A DNA stretch of 64,000 nt. It comes from Balanoglossus misakiensis. Taxonomy: Eukaryota; Animalia; Hemichordata. The notes under the pieces were generated by a model. The model worked only from the letters and a program-made list of their open reading frames with translations, ran no database searches and was not told the DNA's origin. The stretch is from contig CM082579.2 in NCBI GenBank assembly GCA_040954595.2, positions 14,137,834 through 14,201,833 on the forward strand. The letters are read 5' to 3'. Of this stretch, positions 51,201 to 63,665 are shown one piece after another (position 1 is the first letter of the stretch; each line of letters starts with the position of its first letter). The translations under genes were made by a program, and so were the position numbers.

Positions 51201-52861
51201 TTTGTGTAGGTGATTTGCACCTTTTCTAGTCTTTCTACTAGACATATTTTCTGTGTTTGTGATAGATGAATTACTGTCTTACAGGAAATTTTTGTGAACT
51301 TCGTGAGAACCAAAAAATGCGAATTAAAAAGTCATGTAAAAATATTTTTCAGGGATATTGGTGCAGTTAGTGAAATATGAGAATGCGAAATTTAATTGTG
51401 GAATAACAGCTGTCTCTTAGGATTATGCGAACATTTCCTGTCACAGAAATTTTCTGTTTTACAGTATATAAATAAATCAAGTAGATCTTTTTACTGCAGA
51501 TGCTACACCAACAATTCATCTGTTACCTGGACGACCAAGTCAAATTTGAAGTCAGTCTCCACAACAACTATCGTCCTCTCAACAGAAACTGATTCAACCA
51601 AGTCAGCCCCAGATGCAGGGCCAAGGTCAAAGGTCATCAATGCCTTTTTCCCAGCCTACCAGTTTACCAAACCAACCAGTATCCACTGTCACAGCAAACA
51701 GGACTCAACAACCCAATGTGACTGTTTCAAGTATCCCCATGAGACAATTTTGTCCACCCAGGTACAGTTGTGGTCTACCTTCTACTTTTTGATATTCAAA
51801 TTAGCTGTTTCTAGTTACCCATCCTGTGAATTGAAAGCTTTTTATGACTCTATCGCATAGCCTTGTCTTACCAGTGTCTACACAGTAGACTATTTATTTT
51901 CAAAACACATTCAAAACTTCTGTTTTGGTTGCAAAAAAGCCACTCTGTAAATGGAAAGACTCTTTGGATAATGCCACAGACTCATTAATCAAATTCAATT
52001 TTTAATGTGATTAATGTTGATAAGCCCTAAAACCTGATCCCTTCCAAATGTGAATATGTGTGTTGAAAATGGGACTTTGAGAGTTGTAAGCTCAACATCG
52101 ATTCAAAAATTGAAGTCATGAAGTAAAAAATGTGGTTTTGAATACTGGCCTTGATAATGCTTCATATTAACTAGGTTTGTTACCCTTTTTGGACAGGCAA
52201 CTTCACCACCAAAGATGACTTCTCAGCATGTGCCAGCTGCTGCACTGAAAGCCACAGAGGGTGTCATGCAAATGGCAAATGCTAGTCAGTTCAGTAAGAT
52301 GCCACAAATTGCTGCTGTGAATTCTATCAACTCACAGCCACAGCAGAGATGGCCAGGTACAGATTCAAAGCCACAACGAGGTAGGTACAGTCAAACCTGT
52401 CTACAGTGGCCAGTCAAGGGACTTTCCTAAACTGGCATTTATAGACAGGTGGCTTCTATAGATAGGTCAGTTAATGTGCAATGTACATGTACATGAAATG
52501 AAACAAAGTTGCCACTATAATAGAGGTGGCCACAAACACAGATTTGACTGTCATATATGTTATGTTGCCATGGCAGTCATTTACCATTAGTTTGAATATA
52601 CTTTGCCAAAACCTGAGGAAAAAATATTCAAGTTCCCCTTTTCGTATTCCCCTATCAATGGTATAATACAACAGTGTCATGGTAAAATTTTGTGACATTT
52701 TTGCTAACTGCTAAAGCCCAAGTAACATTGTTTTTTTCATTATTTTTCAGCGAAGGAATTAACCCTAGTTTCTTGTTCTGCTATGGATAGCTTTATGAAA
52801 TGTTCAGTCTTTAGCTTCTATACAAAACTTGTACATGAGTAATGGCCATTGTGAATATTAA

Positions 52862-54057
52862 CCCTTACGCTGTCGAGTCCGTAGCAGAGCGCCCGATTTC
52901 CGGTGTGGGTAGAAGTCGAACGTTGGCGAGTGATGAATGACCTAATCGGTATGGATCGATATGATTCACCGACCCGCTGGAGTCTCTAGGCGTTTGCGTG
53001 CGCTTCGCTATAACGGGTTGACTTTGAACTACCGTTTTGAGGGCAATATCTGTTAGGACAGGAAAGTCTCGACAGGGTTCTTTGCCTTGAACTACAAAGA
53101 GCACACTATCCTAAGAGGCACATTCCGCCGGTCATTCCCGACCCTGTGGAGACCGTTTTTTTGCGTCCGTCAAAAACGTACTTGGCATCGATGCATTGTT
53201 TACTATAACAGACGGTTCCACAACGACATAGGGTATCGACCTTTTCGATGGCCAGCGGTGTCGGATGCACTCGTGGGTAGCACTGTTTGGGAAAGTGCGT
53301 TTTGGGATCGACTCGGGAAACATGACGAAATGGTGCAATGGGGCCCGCAGAGCTTGCGGGATACCTATGACTGTGTCGGTACAACCCTGTGCCGTAAAAA
53401 ATTTATAGCGTATTAACACCGTACTGAACGTCAGTTTGCCGTGCGTAAGTAACCAACGTGTCGTTATCACAACGTCCGTGTGTGTCTCATCTGAAGAAAT
53501 GAGTCGTTATCACAACGTCCGTGTGTGTCTGGTCTGAAGAAATGAGTCGTTGTCGGGCGGCTGTAGAGTGGGACACTGTGCGCCAGTGTCTAGTCGTTCG
53601 CATTACGTGTCGAACTAACTCGTACCCTACGGGAAAGTGGCAGGGGAAGGTGTGCCCGAACACCCCTGGCGGTACACCCTGGGTCCCCTACTGACAACTA
53701 ATGGTGTCGTCGTTGTGACGTGATATGGCGTGTGCTAACACACTAACTTTATTTTCGTAAAAGTAAGCCTCGAAATGACGTTGACAGACGCTCCCCTCCC
53801 AGGGGAACGAACCCGATGACCCCACAACTTTTACCCGGTTAATTGTTGTTTGAGGTCCCGCCAACACGGGACTGTGCCAAACTTGAAGTCTAGCACGTTC
53901 AAAAGCAGCTAAAATGACCCTCCAAAAACCCGATTTTCAGGCAAAAAGCCTGGTAATCCAGCGGGTGTAGAATGCCGGATTCTACATACACCGAAAAGGA
54001 GGCGGTCTCGTAACGACTCGGCAGCCCAACGGGTTATGACCCCCGGTAGCAAGAGGG
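52862..54057. mobile_element. GC/CpG-rich piggyBac-like non-autonomous element
   Basis: Left end TTAA-CCCTTACGCTGTCGAGTC; imperfect inverted match GACTCGGCAGCCCAACGGG-TTAT (ends 54033) and a second GGG-TTAA end (54057); internal 43-bp tandem duplication at ~53460-53550; no transposase recognised. Confidence 0.6.
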
Positions 54058-54795
54058 TTAAATGAACTCAGACGAGAATTCATTTTTCAACAATAACAAT
54101 GCTGATCAATATATAAAACGCCTTTGTTTGAAAACCAAACTCTGAATAAATTCTTAATGTTTTACAGAGTAGAATAAAGTCTTACAGCTGATATCCAAAG
54201 TTAACATTGAAGTTATTGACGTTTTAATACTACTGTGTTTACTTATCAGCAGGTATGCAGTCAACGATGCGAACAGGAGTGCAGTCAACACAACCGACAG
54301 TACCTAATGTGAGCGACAGCAAAAATCCACCTGTCACCACTGGCACCAATGTTATTCCAACTCTGACACAGCCACAAGTACATGTACAAAACCAGTCATT
54401 GGTATGTTATGTTATGAGCTGAGTTATAATACCCACCTATCCCTTTTGCCTGGCAAGTGACAGTTTATCACTTTTCAGTATTTCAATGGAACTGTATTTG
54501 GATAATTTGTTACCTAACATGACATCAGAAGATGGCAGCTTGATGTCTTAACTGAGGACATTGGATGACAAGTAGATAAAGATTTTCTTTGATATCAATG
54601 ACATCAGACGCAGTTCCGTTGGCATTCAAATTTCCAGCTGACGGGGAATTTCAGCAACGTGGTGCAAATGACGACTGTGCAGATGAATACCAAGATGCTG
54701 TTGAGGCACCATGCCTGATACATATTACCTGTCTGGTGGTACTAAAGTATAAACACATCCGGAAAAAAATATTTTACGGGATACCAATTGAGACT

Positions 54796-55441
54796 AATAG
54801 AATCTCACATTCCCAAGGACCTGTGATCATATTTCTCACATGGGTTGGGGATTTTTGTCCCACACGAGCCGCAGGCGAGTGTGGGACAAAAAATCCCCAA
54901 CGAGTGTGAGAAATACGATCCCAGGTCCTTGGTGTGTGAGATTCTTTTTCTCACACGACCAGAAATTTGCAATATTAACGTTTATTTACAATAAAAGGAC
55001 TAAATCTATAAAATACCAACTGATAACTGCATGACCAGTCATATATTGATCCGCCCCTCAAAATATAGTCCCCATTTCATCACGAGTTTACAGTACACAC
55101 ATGCTATAAAAATGTGCTCAACACATTTTAATATGGAGATTGTTTCCAGTGGTATAAATTCAAGCGATATCTAGAAAATACAACCGTGTTTTTTAGTCTG
55201 TCGCCAACCATGTACACCACTGTCGTCTGCACATGACCTGATCACATTGTAGTTCAGGTTTGTGTACAACACATCACACAATTGGATAATATTTGTTCGT
55301 TCTGAGGGGTATGAATATCATTATCCAATCAGAGCTCGTGTCAGATAACAGTTGTCTGTGTGCGCATTAACACAGAGTGTGGGATCAATTTGATCCCACA
55401 CTCTCTATCCCACACTCCCAGCGGCCAGGAGTGTGAGAAAA
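54796..55441 (+). mobile_element. TCTCACAC-family hairpin element, copy 2
   Basis: TAATAGAATCTCAC...hairpin CCCACACGAGCCGCAGGCGAGTGTGGG...CCAGCGGCCAGGAGTGTGAGAA; homologous to 27921-28381. Confidence 0.65.
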
Positions 55442-56359
55442 ATTATTCCCATCTTGTTATAAATCTGAGCCCAGGTGTCTTTGGTGTGAGATTCCAGTAG
55501 TCAAGAGTAGGCTTACCTTGAATAATGTAATGCTTGTAAATAATTTATAATTTCTTCTTACCCTCCAGATATGAATGTCACAGTGGTGGAAATGCGTGCC
55601 AACACTATTGTCAGAATACCCATGGTAGTTATCTCTGCGCTTGCAGACCAGGATTCTATCTGCTGGAGGATGGCTATGCATGTGGCGGTATGTAACTGTG
55701 GATATTGATCTCTTCTGTGGCTACACTGTTTGGGGATTGTATATTGCTATGGTTACAATCAGCTAAACACACATCCTGTCAGTCCATTGCACACATTTTA
55801 AAATTTGAAATCAACCGCACACTCGTACTGAACACATGTTTGTTGAAATTGTATCTCAGAATTTTTCCATTTATAATTATGCATAATATAAACAAATTAA
55901 CAAATGTGAAATTTTATCTTTGAAAATTTGTTTGCAAGGGTGAAAAAGTAATCTGTTTTTTTAAAAATCAGACAAAGTTTTGCTGACAGGGTACACGAGT
56001 TTCAGGGGATTTTGTTAAAATGAGAATGATAGAGAGTGTTAAAATTCTTAGATTCTGAGATTGCCATGGATATTGAGGACTTTGATGTAAAAACAATTAA
56101 TTGATCAAGAAATATGTGGTTAAGTATATGTGTCATCAACCTCACACTATACTATAAGACTGTCTGATATATTTATGCACAAGTACAATGTATTTTCACT
56201 ACTTATATGCATAACTCAATCAAATTAACATAATTTATCGACCTATAGCTAAATAAATTACCACAGCAAAGAATAAATATACACTTAGAAAATTCATATA
56301 GTTTTCATCTCATTTTAAAGACATTATAAATGCTTCTCCGAGGGGTACAGTAATTTTTA

Positions 56360-56904
56360 GGGTAAGCCTAATTCAAGATTCACGTTTCAAGATTCACGTT
56401 TCACGTTCCTTAGCCCAAGATTCATATTCTGATTCAGATTCTAGTCTTGTCTAATATGTTTATGCTGCCGTAACCAGGGGTGCGTACGATTGTTTATTGT
56501 CCTTGATCCCTGCCCAAGCAAGGTTCCCCAAATATTCTGTTCGATTAACGCGTGACGTCATTGTCGGGTATCTCTTCAAGTTCAGTTTCAACAACATTTT
56601 TCAAAGAGAGATGCACCCTAGTTATTATTTTCTAACACATGAATGACCCTAGGCCTGAGATCGCACCATGGCCGGCAATCTTGGTATTCACAGATACTTT
56701 TAAGCGTAATTCTGATATAATTGATAGGTTTAGGTATATTTTACAACCGATAACTTAAGCAAAGGACTAATTCCTATATTCTGAATCAAGTGAAAGCAAT
56801 GTAGATGGCGAAAGGATGTGACAAGACTCGAATCTGAATCAGAATATGAATCTTGGGCTGTGGAACGTGAAACTTGAAACGTGAATCTTGAATTTGGCTT
56901 ACCC
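56360..56904. mobile_element. Mutator-like MITE (545 bp, ~85-bp TIR, 9-bp TSD TAATTTTTA); duplicated at 61518-62062
   Basis: TAATTTTTA-GGGTAAGCCTAATTCAAGATTCACG...CGTGAATCTTGAATTTGGCTTACCC-TAATTTTTA. Confidence 0.85.
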
Positions 56905-57835
56905 TAATTTTTAATGGGTATATTCTTAATAACTCATCACCATGAATGATCATTTCAAAACTTAACAAGGCATATGGCTAAAGAGGATTCAGTGTTTGTG
57001 CACCTTCTATCTGCTATGCTGGATCTATTGACAGTTTTCAAAGGGGTTTAATGACTCGTCTTTTTATTCAGTACTTTCTATTTCATTCCATTGCTTTTTT
57101 GGTTAATAGGGACTGTCTTTCAGAACTCTTTGGTTTGTTTCGTGTTTTTAAGTGTAATTTATTATTCTTTAAGCTTTCACTTGTTTTCTAATTTTATTAT
57201 TTTCTGTAGAAAATGCACTGAGATGTATGTGTATTATGTTTGTCAGGAAATAAATAATAATAAAATTAAAAATAATAAACTATCTTTGATTTCAGATGTC
57301 AATGAATGTATGGAGAGAGCAGATCTTTGTGAAGGCCAGTGTGTGAATACAGCAGGCTCTTTTTATTGCACTTGTGTTGTGGGATATTGATTGGTCAATG
57401 GAGAGTGTACAGGTAAGACCAGCACAATATGTGGGCAACGAAAGGTCCTGTATCTGTAACTTTTGAATTTTTATTCAATATTATTCTGGGTGTCACCCAT
57501 CATTTCTTGTTCAGCTCGGTGAAGCTAGGTAAGCAATGTTGTTATTGTTTAAACATTGTATTCAAGCCTGGGTCTGGACTTGGATGCAATTTGTCAATAA
57601 TAACAGTGATTGGTAACTGCATGTTTACATAACTGGCTAACTGTTAAAGAGACCAGCTGTTCTTTTTGCTGTGTGTACAGTACACATGCCATTGGCAGCT
57701 TATGGCTCAGTCAGTGTTTGCCTGTTGATTTCTCTATGTGTGTGTGTCTGTCTGTCTGTATATGTACTCCGGTGTAGACTTTTTTATTGTGTTATCCCTG
57801 AATGGGACCACTGTGTCCTTAACGCGATGTTTTAC

Positions 57836-58320
57836 ACTCAGCAGCGATAGTTTGTCTAACACGAGCCAAAATATCCCCAACTCGTCTGAGAAATCTTATC
57901 CCAGGTCCTAAGGTTGTGAGACTAATAGAATCTCACACTCCCAAGGACTTGGGATCATATTTCTCACATGTGTTGAGGATTTTCTGTCCCAAACAAGCTG
58001 CAGGCGAATGTGGGACAAGATATCCCCGACGAGTGTGAGAAATACGATCCCAGGTCCTTGGTGTGTGAGATTAGTTTTCTCACACGGTCACAAATTAGCC
58101 AAATTCGTTAAATAAATGACTCTTGAACTGTCATCTGGTACATTGTAGATTCAGTATCGCGTCATTGGATAACATTTAGCACATGTTGTTAAAGAACTCT
58201 TTGTCATCCAATCAGCGCTCGCATCATATACAGCTCTCGATTCAGTGAGAATGTGGGATTGATTTGTTCTCACACTCTGATCCAACACTCTCAGCATGCC
58301 AGGTGTGTGAGAATCTATTA
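57836..58320 (+). mobile_element. TCTCACAC-family hairpin element, copy 3 (with an extra partial unit)
   Basis: Near-collinear with the reverse complement of 27921-28381. Confidence 0.65.
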
Positions 58321-60434
58321 CAAGTTTGAAATCTTAGGTGAAGAGTTTATCAATTTCACTGCCAACCCTGTAGGGCATTCTGGGATATGTGCTCATGCCA
58401 AAGCACAAACAGCCATGACCTGACAGCTCAGTTTGTAAATCATTTCTACAAATCCACAAAGAGACTCAAAGTTTAGAAAAGTTGTGTCTGTTAGAAATAT
58501 TAGAAATATTACTGTTAATACTTAATTTCAAAGCCATGTGAATTTGTTCACTTTAATAGGGAAATTTTTAAAGGAAGGGAGGATTGGTATTGACTTGAAT
58601 AATTACAATGGATGTTTTTGTTCTCTATTTTCAGATGTGAATAATGAGTGTTCAGATTCTGTTTGTGCTGGAGGGTGTCTCAATGCAGAGGGTGGATTCA
58701 GCTGTAATTGTGGTGATGATGGTTTCTCTCGGAGTGCAGATCATGTCAATTGTTTAGGTAAGTTTTTTTTGAGTGGGGAGGGGATAGACCAACAATTGCT
58801 TTGCATTTCCTGCCTCAAAAGGGCGCTTACACAAGTTGTAAGTGGCAAAGATTACAGCGAGTCACAGGCACTTTCCAAAGTTACACATTTAGAAAAAAAT
58901 GAGTTTGTTGTCTCATGTGTGATATTTTTGGCTAACAAAACACTAGCGTCTAATGTGGTTACTACATTGTTTGTTTATCAGTATACAGTACTGGTACATA
59001 TAAACATATGATATGACCAAGTTATATGCCAGATGATATTTATCAAGTTTCACACAATTTTGCTCTCTTGTATATTTTTTTCAAAGCCAACTGTACATGT
59101 AATTCAGATGTATTCATTCAAACACAATGTATCATATTTGTGTTTTCAAGCTGGTTGGTCACCATGCCAACAAGCGTGTTACAACACACCAACCAGTTAC
59201 CAGTGTGGTTGCAGACCAGGATTTAAATTGCACAGAAATCAACAAACATGTGTTGGTGAGTATCTACAATTGGGAGAAAGTAAGATGTAGGTGTTTGTGC
59301 AATGTAAGTGTCCAATACATGTACATGTATATGTGACACTGAAATTACACATTGTACAGTCAATAATTGGTAAATGTCTATTATTCATGACACAAATCAA
59401 CATACAGTCAAACCTCTGTGACTGGCCACCTCTATTAAACAGCCACCTCTATATAGTGCCCACTTTATTCTAGTCCCTGTGTAATTTATATCTACATTAA
59501 TTGACTTTTCTACCAGGTATAATGGCCACCTGTCTATAAAGGCCAGTTTAGGAAAGTCCCTTTACTAGCCATAATGGACAGGTTTGACTGCACTTGTGTT
59601 GATTTCTGTCTGTAATACGTGTAACACAATCATAAAATTTTTCATAAAGAGGGCACACTTCCAAAATAAGGTGTCATCTCCAAGCAGACAATGTGAAAAA
59701 GGAGGCCGGTAGGTTACAGAGTACTGCTCGAGCTCATCTACTTTGTTGTATACATGATACAAGTTGCGTGTAAAACTGACCTTACAATAAAATGTGGCTG
59801 TCGAAAGTCTGTCCCAACTATAGTGTTGATACACAAGACAAAGTTTTTACTCTTTGACCAACTGGCCTCATGTTTGCGTCTTGGAAGGGCACCCTCTTTA
59901 TGAAAAAGGCATATGATATCACTTCAAGGAATAAATTAACATGATAGAACATTGCTGATTAATGTCATAGATCATGATAACATGAATGCATAGCAATGTT
60001 TTGTTACAATTTGGTACATAAAGAAATGGACTACTGTGACAGTATTGACTCTGGGCACTACGTAGATGATTCCCAGCCTCAAAATTCTGACTTGCTTCAC
60101 CGTTGGAAGAAGTCAGTTTTCAGGTTAACATGTATATTTGTACAGAGTGTGGCATTAGTGAGTGGTTGCATCACATCAATGCATGACAAAAGGTCATCAC
60201 TGTGTAAGACTCAGAAATAGAATTTGAATACAAATCCTATTAAACAAAATATTCTAAAATTTACATGTTATTTTAACATGTTTACTCCTATAAAAGTGAG
60301 TGCACGTGTTTTCGAGGTCTCTTCAATTCAGAAGCCACTGTGTAGGCCTTAGTTGGTGCATGCAGCTCGTAGACTTAGAAATTAAGTTTGGTTCAACTCA
60401 AACGCTTCAAGTCCAGTTGACCATCTCACACTTC

Positions 60435-60498
60435 TGGCACTGGTGGGATTCAAACCCACGCCATCGAAACGACTGCAGGTGCCTAAAACCCCTTGACT
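60435..60498 (-). pseudogene. tRNA-Leu(TAG)-derived fragment (tRNA pseudogene or SINE head)
   Basis: Minus strand GTCAAGGGGTTTTAGGCACC..AGTCGTTTCGATGGCGTGGGTTTGAATCCCACCAGTGCCA shows an anticodon loop TTTAGGC, a long variable arm, a B-box-like GGTTTGAATCCC and an acceptor end. The 5' half is degraded. Confidence 0.6.
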
Positions 60499-60727
60499 GT
60501 AGGACACAAATGACTGACAGTGATATAACTATGTTATAATGTTACATCGACAATACATAAGTTTGGGGATATGTTGTCTCAAATGATCAAATTGAGACAA
60601 ATTATCCCCATCTTGTTATAAATCTGAGCCCAGGTGTCTTTGGTGTGAGATTCCAGTAGTCAAGAGTAGGCTTACCTTGAATAATGTAATGCTTGTAAAT
60701 AATGTATAATTTCTTCTTACCCTCCAG

Positions 60728-63665
60728 ATATGAATGAATGTCACAGTGGTGGAAATGCGTGCCAACACTATTGTCAGAATACCCATGGTAGTTATTGCTG
60801 CGCTTGCAGACAAGGCTTCAATGTGCTGGAGGATGGCCATGCATGTGCAGGTATGTAACTGTGGATATTGATCTCTTCTGTGGCTACACTGTTTGGGGAT
60901 TGCATATTGCTATGGTTACAATAAAACATGCATCCTGTCTGTCCATTGCACACATTTTAAAATTTGAAATCAACCGCACACTCGTACTGAACACATGTTT
61001 GTTGAAATTGTATCTCAGAATTTTTCCATTTATAATTATGCATAATATAATCAAATTAACAAATGTGAAAACTTATCTTTGAAAATTTGTTTGCAAGGGT
61101 GAAAAATTAATCTGTTGTTTTAAAAATCAGACAAAGTTTTGCTGACAGGGTACACGAGTTTCAGGGGATTTTGTTAAAATGAGAATGATAGAGAGTGTTA
61201 AAATTCCTAGATTCTGAGATTGCCATGGATATTGAGGACTTTGACGTAAAAACAATTAATTGATCAAGAAATATGTGGTTAAGTATATGTGTGATCAACC
61301 TCACACTATACTATAAGACTGTCTGATATATTTATGCACAAGTACAATGTATTTTCACTACTTATATGCATAACTCAATCAAATTAACATAATTTATCGA
61401 CCTATAGCTATTAAATTACCACAGCAAGGAATAAATATTCACTTAGAAAATTCATATAGTTTTCATCTCATTTTAAAGACATTATAAATGCTTCTCCGAG
61501 GGGTACAATAATTTTTAGGGTAAGCCTAATTCAAGATTCACGTTTCAAGATTCACGTTTCATGTTCCACAGCCCAAGATTCATATTCTGATTCAGATTCC
61601 AGTCTTGTCTAATATGTTTATGCTGCCGTAACCAGGGGTGTGAACGATTGTTTATTGTCCTCGATCCCCGCCCAAGCAAGGTTCCCCAAATATTCTGTTC
61701 GATTATCGCGTGACGTCATTGTCGGGTATCTCGTCAAGTTCAGTTTCAACAACATTTTTGAAAGAGAGATGCACCCTATTTATTATTTTCTAACACATGA
61801 ATGACCCTAGGCCTGAGATCGCACCATGGCCGGCAATCTTGGTATTCACAGATACTTTTAAGCGTAATTCTGATATAATTGATAGGTTTAGGTATATTTT
61901 ACAACCGATAACTTAAGCAAAGGACTAATTCCTATATTCTGAATCAAGTGAAAGCAATGTAGATGGCGAAAGGATGTGACAAGACTCGAATCTGAATCAG
62001 AATATGAATCTTGGGCTGTGGAACGTGAAACTTGAAACGTGAATCTTGAATTAGGCTTACCCTAATTTTTAATGGGTATATTCTTAATAACTCATCACCA
62101 TGAATGATCATTTCAAAACTTAACAAGGCATATGGCTAAAGAGGATTCAGTGTTTGTGCACCTTCTATCTGCTATGCTGGATCTATTGACAGTTTTCAAA
62201 GGGGTTTAAAGACTCGTCTTTTTATTCAGTACTTTCTATTTCATTCCATTGCTTTTTTGGTTAATAGGGACTGTCTTTCAGAACTCTTTGGTTTGTTTCG
62301 TGTTTTTAAGTGTAATTTATTATTCTTTAAGCTTTCACTTGTTTTCTAATTTTATTATTTTCTGTAGAAAATGCACTGAGATGTATGTGTATTATGTTTG
62401 TCAGGAAATAAATAATAATAAAATTAAAAATAATAAACTATCTTTGATTTCAGATGTCAATGAATGTATGGAGAGAGCAGATCTTTGTTAGAGCAGATCT
62501 TTATCTCAAGGCGCCACAGAGGAATAAAGGTCCTTCTTTTGTTGCATTTCGAATAGATTCGTGTAATTCACTTTTGTTTGGGCTCCCTAAGTACTAGATC
62601 AGCCGTATTCAAGTTCAAAATATTGCTGCTAGTTCCAAAATCACTGTTTACATCAATGCAATTTCAGTTCCATTGGTTACCTGTGTCTGATCGTATTGTT
62701 TTCAATATTTTATTTCTTATTTTTGAATTCATTCATAGACTTGGACCATCATATCTGTCTGATATGATCAAATTATATGTTCTAAATCGAAACTTGAAGT
62801 CAGCTGATCAGCTCAAACTCTGTCCTGTTCAGCCCAATGCTATGATGACAACAACAATTGCTTGCCTTCAGACACAAATATTTATTGCATATATTATCAG
62901 CGAATAAAGGGAAATGGTTTTGAAGTTACAGTTGGCATTTTGCATTTTCGAAATGTCTACTTATATCCCAGGCCACGATACGGAGAAAAAAATAAAAATA
63001 CACCAGCTGAGCTCCTCACACGTACATAGTCATGTATGGTAAACCTGGCATTCTGTCCATATGGGACCTACATTTGTAGGCGATTGATCGATGTTGTGTC
63101 GAAATCAGGCCAGTAATTAAGTTAAAACTTGGTTAATACGTTACCTTAGGGTGTTATACATTATCCAGTAACTGTTTTACTTAAGAATTGCCTTTCAAAA
63201 GCTGTTTACCCACGGTAAACGTATCGTTTCACGATCAACGCAACACTTCTGTATTTACAAGTCTAACATGGAGCCGGAGAGGTCAACGTATACTTCCGGG
63301 TCATATCGTCGAACGACATTGATTATTTTTAAGCGGACTGTTACACAAGCATTTCGAATTAATTTCTTTTCACGGATGTTCGGACCGATATTAGACCTCT
63401 CTGTCAGGAAAGTTTGGTTAACTTCCGAGGTCGTTTTCAATGATTTTTGAAACGTTTGTGGATGTCTCTTTAGGGGTCACCAACATACCACCGAAAACAC
63501 GTTAAAAACTTCTACTACTATTAAGGACAGATTTTCATAAAATTTACGTCTGCAGTGAAAAATGGGAATCACTTTCGTAATTTATCCAGCTAACATGGTT
63601 TTTTATTGCACAACAGAGTTGCAGACCAGGATTTAAGTTGCACAGAAATCAACATACATGTGTTG
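60728..63665 (+). pseudogene. Calcium-binding EGF exons, copy B (intact 60728-60850; truncated 62454-62488 and 63617-63665)
   Basis: DMNECHSGGNACQHYCQNTHGSYCCACRQGFNVLEDGHACA is intact; the second exon breaks after DVNECMERADLC; only the 3' half of the fourth exon remains. Confidence 0.85.
62665..62820 (+). mobile_element. LINE (L2/CR1-group) ORF2 C-terminal fragment
   Basis: FHWLPVSDRIVFNILFLIFEFIHRLGPSYLSDMIKLYVLNRNLKSAD matches the LHWLP...RI.FK.....P.YL......R.LRS signature. Confidence 0.8.

Larger units (their letters stand above)
47613..52681 (+). repeat. Tandem segmental duplicate of 32039-47612 (lacking the 11-kb transposon and the HINE)
   Basis: Collinear homology of introns and exons. 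The junction CAGTGTCATG|ACCACACACAACTTC at 47612/47613 joins the unit end (as at 52672-52681) to the unit start (32039). Confidence 0.92.
48911..54401 (+). pseudogene. MED25: MED25 partial pseudogene, copy 2 (exons 48911-49031, 49472-49620, ~50140-50810 interrupted by a MITE, ~51500-51761, ~52197-52380, and probably ~54250-54401)
   Basis: QKPCILICNSPPHPLPSRDSINYSGFTADQLTAMLGK is intact; the next exon RGVHSSIISPRK... is frameshifted; the later S/T/Q/P-rich exons are disrupted by a MITE and a TGA. Assigning the low-complexity exons to MED25 is inference from position. Confidence 0.85.
55569..59255 (+). pseudogene. Calcium-binding EGF-repeat exons, copy A (55569-55687, 57296-57412, 58635-58757, 59151-59255)
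   Basis: Phase 1-1 AG/GT exons with the D.NEC...C..C.N..GS(F/Y).C.C..G(F/Y)....C pattern. There is a 4-bp deletion in the first exon, a TGA at 57388-57390 and a probable Cys>Trp change in the fourth. Confidence 0.88.

Noticed and set aside
52865-53470. Overlapping ORFs in the GC-rich element as a possible transposase
   Set aside because: They are short, occur on both strands and show no DDD/E or other recognisable motif.
57388-57390. In-frame TGA in an EGF exon as possible selenocysteine
   Set aside because: It is not at a conserved Cys position, it is most simply a nonsense mutation, and neighbouring exons are also damaged.
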